Of a stretch of 64,000 nucleotides of DNA, positions 58,034 through 64,000 are shown piece after piece (positions within the stretch are counted from its first letter, which is position 1; each line of letters begins with the position of its first letter). A program made the translations under genes and the position numbers. The notes under the pieces are model-generated. The model worked only from the letters and a program-made list of their open reading frames with translations. It searched no databases and was not told the origin of the DNA. The DNA comes from Muribaculaceae bacterium (GTDB lineage Bacteria > Bacteroidota > Bacteroidia > Bacteroidales > Muribaculaceae): the NCBI GenBank assembly GCA_011959405.1, contig BLLX01000003.1, forward strand, positions 1,017 to 65,016, in the 5' to 3' direction.

Positions 58034-58303
58034 ATGAGTCGTTCATTAAAAAAAGGCCCCTTTATCAGCGTTAAGCTCGAAAAGAAAGTCAACGCAATGG
58101 AAGCCAGCGGCAAAAAATCAGTCATCAAGACCTGGAGCCGCGCATCTATGATTGCTCCCGAATTCGTTGGCCACACATTCGCAGTGCATAACGGCAACAA
58201 GTTCATTCCGGTCTACGTCACCGAAAACATGGTAGGTCACAAGCTCGGCGAATTCGCCCCCACTCGCACCTTCCGTGGTCATGCCGGCAACCGCAAAAAG
58301 TAA
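58034..58303 (+). CDS. rpsS: 30S ribosomal protein S19
   Basis: [10 protein letters not shown]... 89 aa. Confidence 0.98.
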   Translation: MSRSLKKGPFISVKLEKKVNAMEASGKKSVIKTWSRASMIAPEFVGHTFAVHNGNKFIPVYVTENMVGHKLGEFAPTRTFRGHAGNRKK

Positions 58304-58356
58304 AGACAGGGCCCGCAAAATTAATTTTGAATTAATAGAAGAACAAAAATAATACA

Positions 58357-58761
58357 ATGGGTGTAAGAAAAAGAAACTCCGCCGACCAGAGGAAAGAAGC
58401 CAACAAACAGGTGGCTTTCGCCAAGCTGCTCGATGTGCCCTCCTCCCCCCGCAAGATGCGCCTTGTCGTTGACATGGTGCGCGGCATGGAAGTCAATCGC
58501 GCCCTCGGCGTCCTCAAATTCTCCAACAAGGAAGCAGCCGCACGTCTGGAAAAACTCGTGCGCTCCGCTGTGGCTAACTGGGAAGCAAAGAACGAACGCA
58601 AGGCTGATGCAGGTGAACTCTACATCAGCACCATTTTCGTCTCGCCCGCTCCCATGCTCAAGCGCCTGCGCACCGCCCCCAAGGGACGTGGCTACCGCAT
58701 ACGCAAACGCGCCAATCACGTCACTGTCGTGGTTGACACCATCGATAACAAGAACGCTTAA
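58357..58761 (+). CDS. rplV: 50S ribosomal protein L22
   Basis: [14 protein letters not shown]... 134 aa. Confidence 0.97.
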   Translation: MGVRKRNSADQRKEANKQVAFAKLLDVPSSPRKMRLVVDMVRGMEVNRALGVLKFSNKEAAARLEKLVRSAVANWEAKNERKADAGELYISTIFVSPAPMLKRLRTAPKGRGYRIRKRANHVTVVVDTIDNKNA

Positions 58762-58788
58762 CCATATCACAAGATTCACCAACAAAGT

Positions 58789-59535
58789 ATGGGACAAAAA
58801 GTTAATCCAATCAGCAATCGCCTGGGTGTCATCCGCGGTTGGGATTCTAACTGGAATTTCGGCCACAAGTATGGCAACAACTTGCTCGAGGACTACAAAC
58901 TCCGCAAATACCTCAGCGTGCGTCTTGCCAAGTCGAGCGTTTCTCGCATCGTCATTGAGCGTACACTGAAACTCACCACCATCACCGTTTGCACAAGCCG
59001 TCCCGGCCTGATCATCGGCAAAGGTGGCTCTGAGGTTGATAAACTCAAAGAAGAACTCAAGAAAATCACCGACCGCGACATCCAGATCAACATCTTCGAG
59101 ATCAAGCGTCCCGAACTCGACGCAGAGATCGTCGCTCAGACCATTGCCCGTCAGATCGAAGGCAAGGTTGCTTACCGTCGTGCGGTGAAAATGGCTGTAG
59201 CATCCACCATGCGCGCCGGAGCCGAAGGCATAAAGGTGCAGGTGAGCGGACGTCTCAACGGCGCTGAAATCGCCCGCAGCGAAATGTTCAAAGAAGGCCG
59301 CACTCCTCTCCATACTCTGCGTGCCGACATTGACTACGCTCTGGTGGAAGCCCACACGAAAGTAGGTGTGGTTGGTGTGAAAGTCTGGATCTGCCGTGGC
59401 GAAGTCTATGGCAAGCGCGACCTCTCGCCCCAGTTCACCTCCGCCGACAAAGGCGGCCGTCCCGCAGGCGCTGGCCAGGGCGATCGCTCAGCACGTCGCG
59501 ACCGTGGATTCCGCAAGCCTAAAAACAATCGTTAA
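58789..59535 (+). CDS. rpsC: 30S ribosomal protein S3
   Basis: [13 protein letters not shown]... 248 aa. Confidence 0.98.
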   Translation: MGQKVNPISNRLGVIRGWDSNWNFGHKYGNNLLEDYKLRKYLSVRLAKSSVSRIVIERTLKLTTITVCTSRPGLIIGKGGSEVDKLKEELKKITDRDIQINIFEIKRPELDAEIVAQTIARQIEGKVAYRRAVKMAVASTMRAGAEGIKVQVSGRLNGAEIARSEMFKEGRTPLHTLRADIDYALVEAHTKVGVVGVKVWICRGEVYGKRDLSPQFTSADKGGRPAGAGQGDRSARRDRGFRKPKNNR

Positions 59536-59563
59536 TTGCTTAACCATTTGAATCAATCTCACA

Positions 59564-59995
59564 ATGTTACAACCTAAGAAAACCAAATTTCGCCGTCAAC
59601 AGAAGGGCCGCATGAAAGGCATTGCCCAGCGCGGCAACCAGTTGGCATTCGGTTCATTTGGCATTAAGACTCTTGAGTCCAAGTGGATTACAGGCCGTCA
59701 GATTGAGGCCGCTCGTATCGCCGTGACCCGCTACATGCAGCGTCAGGGTCAAATCTGGATCCGTATATTCCCCGACAAACCCATCACCAAGAAGCCTGCC
59801 GAAGTCCGAATGGGTAAAGGTAAAGGTGCTCCCGAAGGATTTGTCGCTCCTGTTACTCCCGGCCGCATGCTGATCGAAGTCGAAGGCGTGCCTTTCGAAG
59901 TAGCCAAGGAAGCCCTCCGTTTGGCTGCCCAGAAACTTCCCGTTATAACCAAATTTGTGGTCCGTCGCGACTACGATCCCAGTCAAAACGTGTAA
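59564..59995 (+). CDS. rplP: 50S ribosomal protein L16
   Basis: [19 protein letters not shown]... 143 aa. Confidence 0.98.
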   Translation: MLQPKKTKFRRQQKGRMKGIAQRGNQLAFGSFGIKTLESKWITGRQIEAARIAVTRYMQRQGQIWIRIFPDKPITKKPAEVRMGKGKGAPEGFVAPVTPGRMLIEVEGVPFEVAKEALRLAAQKLPVITKFVVRRDYDPSQNV

Positions 59996-60005
59996 ATAGT
60001 AAGTC

Positions 60006-60203
60006 ATGAAGAAAGAAGAAATCAAAGAAATGACCACCGCGGACCTCCGCGAGCGTCTGGCCGAAATGCAGAAGGCCTATCGTCAGCTCGTGGCTACTCA
60101 TGCTGTAAGCACGATTGACAATCCCGCCCAGATCACCAAAGACCGCCGCATGATCGCACGCGTGCTCACCGAGCTCCGCGCCCGCGAAATCGCCGCAAAA
60201 TAA
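60006..60203 (+). CDS. rpmC: 50S ribosomal protein L29
   Basis: Operon position and an L29-like sequence, 65 aa. Confidence 0.95.
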   Translation: MKKEEIKEMTTADLRERLAEMQKAYRQLVATHAVSTIDNPAQITKDRRMIARVLTELRAREIAAK

Positions 60204-60224
60204 TAGGTTAACACAAACCCGAAT

Positions 60225-60485
60225 ATGGAAGAAACAAGAAATCTTCGCAAAGAGCGCGTAGGGGTGGTTTCCAGCAACAAAGGCGACAAAACCATCACCG
60301 TGACCATCAAATGGAAAGAAAAACACCCCATTTATGGCAAGTTCGTGAATAAAACCAAAAAATACCACGCTCACGACGAGAACAACGAATGTTCCGTAGG
60401 CGACACAGTGCGCCTGATGGAAACACGTCCCCTCTCCAAGACCAAGCGCTGGCGTCTGGTTGAAATCATCGAAAAAGTTAAGTAA
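60225..60485 (+). CDS. rpsQ: 30S ribosomal protein S17
   Basis: [19 protein letters not shown]... 86 aa. Confidence 0.97.
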   Translation: MEETRNLRKERVGVVSSNKGDKTITVTIKWKEKHPIYGKFVNKTKKYHAHDENNECSVGDTVRLMETRPLSKTKRWRLVEIIEKVK

Positions 60486-60517
60486 ATTAACAAACACTAT
60501 CCCATTAACACCTACAA

Positions 60518-60883
60518 ATGATACAGACTGAAACCCGCTTGACAGTCGCCGACAACTCCGGAGCAAAGGAAGCTCTCTGCATCCACGTGCTCGGTGGTAC
60601 CGGACGTCGCTATGCGTCCGTTGGTGACATTATCGTGGTGTCGGTGAAGAGCGTTATCCCTTCATCCGATGTGAAGAAAGGCACCGTGTCGAAAGCTGTG
60701 GTCGTCCGCACTAAAAAAGAAGTCCGTCGCCCCGATGGGTCTTACATTCGCTTTGACGACAACGCTTGCGTTCTTCTGAACAATGCCGGCGAACTGCGTG
60801 GCACACGCATCTTCGGCCCCGTTGCTCGCGAACTGCGTGCCACCAACATGAAAATCGTTTCTCTGGCACCTGAAGTTCTCTAA
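60518..60883 (+). CDS. rplN: 50S ribosomal protein L14
   Basis: [18 protein letters not shown]... 121 aa. Confidence 0.98.
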   Translation: MIQTETRLTVADNSGAKEALCIHVLGGTGRRYASVGDIIVVSVKSVIPSSDVKKGTVSKAVVVRTKKEVRRPDGSYIRFDDNACVLLNNAGELRGTRIFGPVARELRATNMKIVSLAPEVL

Positions 60884-60910
60884 AACACTCAATGTAATCC
60901 CATCAAAGCA

Positions 60911-61231
60911 ATGAGCAAACTACATATCAAAAAAGGCGATACCGTCTATGTCAACTCCGGTGAAGACCGCGGCAAAACAGGCCGCGTTCTCGCCGTGCAG
61001 GTGAAGAAACAGCGTGCTATCGTCGAGGGCATGAACATGGTTTCCAAGGCCTCGAAGCCCACCGCCAAGAACCCCAACGGCGGCATCATCAAGATGGAAG
61101 CACCCATCCACATTTCTAACCTCAACCTCGTTGACCCCAAAACCGGCAAACCCACCCGCGTAAGCCACGTGAAGAATGCCGAAGGCAAAAAGGTTCGTAT
61201 CGCTAAAAAGTCCGGAGAGGAGATTAAGTAA
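60911..61231 (+). CDS. rplX: 50S ribosomal protein L24
   Basis: [21 protein letters not shown]... 106 aa. Confidence 0.97.
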   Translation: MSKLHIKKGDTVYVNSGEDRGKTGRVLAVQVKKQRAIVEGMNMVSKASKPTAKNPNGGIIKMEAPIHISNLNLVDPKTGKPTRVSHVKNAEGKKVRIAKKSGEEIK

Positions 61232-61773
61232 TGAGCACCACTTTGCAGAAAGACTATCAGGAACGCATTGTTCCCGCCCTTGAAAAAGAGTTTAACTACA
61301 GCTCCGTGATGCAGGTGCCCCGCCTGAAGAAGATCGTCATCAACCAGGGCCTTGGCGCTGCCACCCAGGACAAGAAGATCATCGAGACAGCCATCAACGA
61401 GCTCACAGCCATCACCGGCCAGAAAGCGGTTGCCACTCTCTCGAGGAAGGATATCTCCAACTTCAAGCTCCGTAAGAAAATGCCCATCGGTGTCATGGTG
61501 ACACTGCGTCGCGACAAAATGTACGAATTCCTCGAACGTCTGGTGCGCGTGGCCCTGCCCCGTATCCGTGACTTCAAAGGCATCGAAAGCAAACTCGACG
61601 GCCGTGGCAACTACACTCTCGGCATCACTGAGCAGATCATCTTCCCCGAAATCAACATCGATGCTGTAAGCAAGATGATGGGCATGAACATCACCTTCGT
61701 TACCTCGGCCAACACCGACGAAGAAGGTTTCGCTTTGCTCAAGCAGTTCGGACTCCCGTTCAAGAAAAACTAA
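61231..61773 (+). CDS. rplE: 50S ribosomal protein L5
   Basis: L5-like sequence of 180 aa. The start overlaps the rplX stop codon (TAATG). Confidence 0.97.
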   Translation: MSTTLQKDYQERIVPALEKEFNYSSVMQVPRLKKIVINQGLGAATQDKKIIETAINELTAITGQKAVATLSRKDISNFKLRKKMPIGVMVTLRRDKMYEFLERLVRVALPRIRDFKGIESKLDGRGNYTLGITEQIIFPEINIDAVSKMMGMNITFVTSANTDEEGFALLKQFGLPFKKN

Positions 61774-61800
61774 TCTCTTCCCTAAACTCAATTCTCAGAA

Positions 61801-62079
61801 ATGGCAAAAGAATCCATGAAGGCCCGTGAGGTCAAGCGCCAGAAACTGGTTGAGAAGTATGCCGCCAAAAAAGCTGCCCTCAAGGCTGCTGGCGACTACG
61901 AGAGCCTCCAGGCACTGCAACTGCTGCCCAAGAACGCATCGAAAGTGCGCCTGCACAACCGCTGCTCCATCACAGGCCGCCCCAAAGGCTATATGCGCCA
62001 GTTTGGCATCTCCCGTATCCAGTTCCGCGAAATGGCGTCTGCCGGTCTTATCCCCGGCGTGCGCAAGGCAAGCTGGTAA
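61801..62079 (+). CDS. rpsN: 30S ribosomal protein S14 (long, non-zinc type)
   Basis: [13 protein letters not shown]...RNRC-type segment with only one Cys and a C-terminal KASW. Length is 92 aa. Confidence 0.96.
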   Translation: MAKESMKAREVKRQKLVEKYAAKKAALKAAGDYESLQALQLLPKNASKVRLHNRCSITGRPKGYMRQFGISRIQFREMASAGLIPGVRKASW

Positions 62080-62164
62080 TTCCGCGACACCAAACAACCA
62101 AATGAAAGTAATGTAATTAAATATTGTTCGGACATCACCGAATCAATTTAACCATCAACTCAAA

Positions 62165-62563
62165 ATGACTGATCCCATAGCAGATTATCTGACAAGATTG
62201 AGGAACGCCATCAAGGCCAACCACCGCGTGGTGGAAATTCCCGCCTCAAACTTGAAAAAAGAGATCACAAAGATCCTCTTCGAACAAGGCTATATTCTTA
62301 ACTACAAGTTTATAGAGGGTGAAACTCCCGCAGGCATCATCAAGATCGCTCTCAAATACGATCCCAAAGACAAGGTCAATGCCATCAAGTGTCTCAAGCG
62401 CGTGAGCCGTCCCGGCCTGCGTCAGTACACCGGCTACAAAGACATGCCCCGCGTGCTCAACGGTCTCGGCATTGCCATCCTGTCCACCTCAAAGGGTGTG
62501 ATGACCAACAAACAGGCCCTCACCGAAAAAGTGGGCGGCGAAGTTCTCTGTTACATTTACTAA
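62165..62563 (+). CDS. rpsH: 30S ribosomal protein S8
   Basis: [15 protein letters not shown]... 132 aa. Confidence 0.98.
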   Translation: MTDPIADYLTRLRNAIKANHRVVEIPASNLKKEITKILFEQGYILNYKFIEGETPAGIIKIALKYDPKDKVNAIKCLKRVSRPGLRQYTGYKDMPRVLNGLGIAILSTSKGVMTNKQALTEKVGGEVLCYIY

Positions 62564-62582
62564 TCAATAGGAGGAAACAATC

Positions 62583-63137
62583 ATGTCACGTATAGGTAAA
62601 GCTCCCATTGAAATCCCCGCAGGTGTAACAGTTACAGTCAGCGGAAACGACGTAACAGTCAAAGGCCCCAAAGGCGAACTCAAGCAAACCGTTAACCCCG
62701 ATCTCACAGTCACCGTTGAAGACGGCCACGTACACGTGACCCGTCCCTCCGACGACCGCGAGCACCGCGCCCAGCACGGTCTCTTCCGCGCCCTCATCCA
62801 CAACATGATCGTGGGCGTGTCGACCGGCTACCGCAAGGAAATGGAACTCGTCGGCGTAGGTTACCGTGCCAATGCCGAAGGCCAGGTGCTTGAACTCTCC
62901 CTGGGCTTCTCTCACGCTATCTTCATCAAGCTCCCCAAGGAAATCAAAGTTGAAGCCAAGAGCGAACGTAACAAAAACCCCCTGATCATCCTCGAGAGCG
63001 ACGACAAGCAGCTCCTCGGTCAGGTTTGTGCCAAGATCCGCTCGCTGCGCAAGCCCGAGCCCTACAAAGGTAAAGGTATCAAGTTCGTTGGCGAGGTTAT
63101 CCGCCGCAAGTCGGGTAAGAGCGCCGGCGCTAAGTAA
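62583..63137 (+). CDS. rplF: 50S ribosomal protein L6
   Basis: MSRIGKAPIEIPAGV... 184 aa. Confidence 0.98.
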   Translation: MSRIGKAPIEIPAGVTVTVSGNDVTVKGPKGELKQTVNPDLTVTVEDGHVHVTRPSDDREHRAQHGLFRALIHNMIVGVSTGYRKEMELVGVGYRANAEGQVLELSLGFSHAIFIKLPKEIKVEAKSERNKNPLIILESDDKQLLGQVCAKIRSLRKPEPYKGKGIKFVGEVIRRKSGKSAGAK

Positions 63138-63163
63138 TTCATCACTGTTAAGACTTAGACACT

Positions 63164-63505
63164 ATGATTTCCAAAATAGCAAGAAGAAACAAAATCAAGA
63201 CACGCATCCGCGGCAAAATCTCCGGCACCGCCGCCCGTCCGCGCATGACCGTGTTCCGCTCCAATAAGGCCATCTACGTCCAGCTGATCGACGACCTGGC
63301 AGGCAAGACTCTCGTTGCAGCATCGAGCAAAGGTCTCGAAGGTGGCACCAAAGTTGAAGTAGCCGCTAAAGTTGGTCAGGCAGTGGCTCAGAAAGCCCTT
63401 GAAGCAGGTATCACCGAAGTTGTGTTCGACCGTAACGGCTACTTGTTCCACGGCCGTATTAAATCATTGGCAGACGCTGCGCGCACAGCCGGCCTTAAAT
63501 TCTAA
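63164..63505 (+). CDS. rplR: 50S ribosomal protein L18
   Basis: L18-like sequence ending [17 protein letters not shown]. Length is 113 aa. Confidence 0.97.
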   Translation: MISKIARRNKIKTRIRGKISGTAARPRMTVFRSNKAIYVQLIDDLAGKTLVAASSKGLEGGTKVEVAAKVGQAVAQKALEAGITEVVFDRNGYLFHGRIKSLADAARTAGLKF

Positions 63506-63514
63506 AGCAAGATT

Positions 63515-64000
63515 ATGGCAACTAAAACAAATCGAGTTAAATCTACAAACGACTTGGAACTTAAGGATCGCCTTGTGGCCATCAACCGTGTTACCAAAGT
63601 GACCAAAGGCGGCCGTGCGTTCACCTTTGCCGCAATCGTCGTTGTCGGCAACGAAGACGGCATTGTGGGCTGGGGTCTCGGAAAGGCCAACGAAGTGACT
63701 GCTGCCATTGCCAAAGGCGTTGAAGCAGCCAAGAAGAACCTGATCCGCGTGCCCGTTCACAAAGGCACTATCCCTCACGAACAGGCTGCCAAGTTCGGCG
63801 GCTCTCGCATCATCCTCAAGCCCGCATCTCACGGTACCGGTGTTAAGGCCGGCGGTGCTATGCGTGCTGTAATGGAAAGCGTGGGTATCACCGACGTGCT
63901 TGCAAAGTCCAAAGGTTCCTCTAACCCCCACAACCTGGTCAAGGCCACCATCGCCGCCCTCGGCGAACTGCGTTCACCCGCTCAAGTGGCCGCCAACCGC
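63515..64000 (+). CDS. rpsE: 30S ribosomal protein S5 (3' end beyond the window)
   Basis: Absent from the ORF track because there is no stop codon in the window. Translation from the ATG at 63515 gives [58 protein letters not shown]..., which is typical of S5. Confidence 0.95.
   Translation, partial: MATKTNRVKSTNDLELKDRLVAINRVTKVTKGGRAFTFAAIVVVGNEDGIVGWGLGKANEVTAAIAKGVEAAKKNLIRVPVHKGTIPHEQAAKFGGSRIILKPASHGTGVKAGGAMRAVMESVGITDVLAKSKGSSNPHNLVKATIAALGELRSPAQVAANR

Noticed and set aside
58321-59355. A 344-aa antisense ORF spanning rplV and rpsC. Similar cases include 37683-38903 opposite ppdK, 53059-53655 and 54130-54822 opposite fusA, and 59943-60566 and 60946-61791 opposite other ribosomal protein genes.
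   Set aside because: These ORFs lie opposite highly conserved genes. Their translations are compositionally odd (rich in G, A, V, H, F and D), with no signal peptide, domains or promoters. They are treated as artefacts.

Overview
The window looks like a chromosomal segment from a Bacteroidota (Bacteroidales-like) genome. Three things in the sequence support this. About 20 genes are preceded by the Bacteroides-type -7 promoter box TAnnTTTG. Four secreted proteins end in T9SS type-A C-terminal sorting domains. Start codons sit behind A/C-rich leaders with no Shine-Dalgarno sequence. I call 62 CDS. Positions 1-51.8 kb mix housekeeping genes (tsaD, tsaB, typA, ppdK, dnaE-trxA, folP, rpe, rpiB, tpx, a succinate CoA-transferase-like gene) with envelope and accessory genes. 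The envelope set includes an MFS sugar transporter, a ZIP transporter, OMPLA, OmpA-like and beta-barrel outer membrane proteins, a TolC/HlyD/ABC-2 efflux set, a GH95 fucosidase, a metzincin and other T9SS cargo proteins. Positions 52.0-64.0 kb hold a contiguous str-S10-spc ribosomal protein cluster (rpsL to rpsE, truncated at the right edge) with no tuf. I found no rRNA, tRNA, CRISPR array, integrase, transposase or prophage. I do not see a convincing multi-gene novel system such as a defence island or biosynthetic cluster. The most unusual items are single loci: (1) a 558-aa orphan protein combining Sm-like, cold-shock, helical-repeat and P-loop-less NTPase-like regions; (2) a roughly 300-nt structured leader or sRNA candidate ending in an intrinsic-terminator-like hairpin just upstream of a T9SS cargo gene; (3) an MFS transporter with an acidic, Cys-containing insertion of about 100 aa in an extracytoplasmic loop; (4) a TolC-HlyD-2xABC-2 permease operon with no ATPase gene; (5) a catalytically degenerate LytM protein and two CxxC-less thioredoxin-fold proteins; (6) several genes whose -7 box sits only 4-8 nt from the start codon, suggesting leaderless mRNAs. 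All product calls rest on motif and family recognition by eye from the translations. No database search was run.
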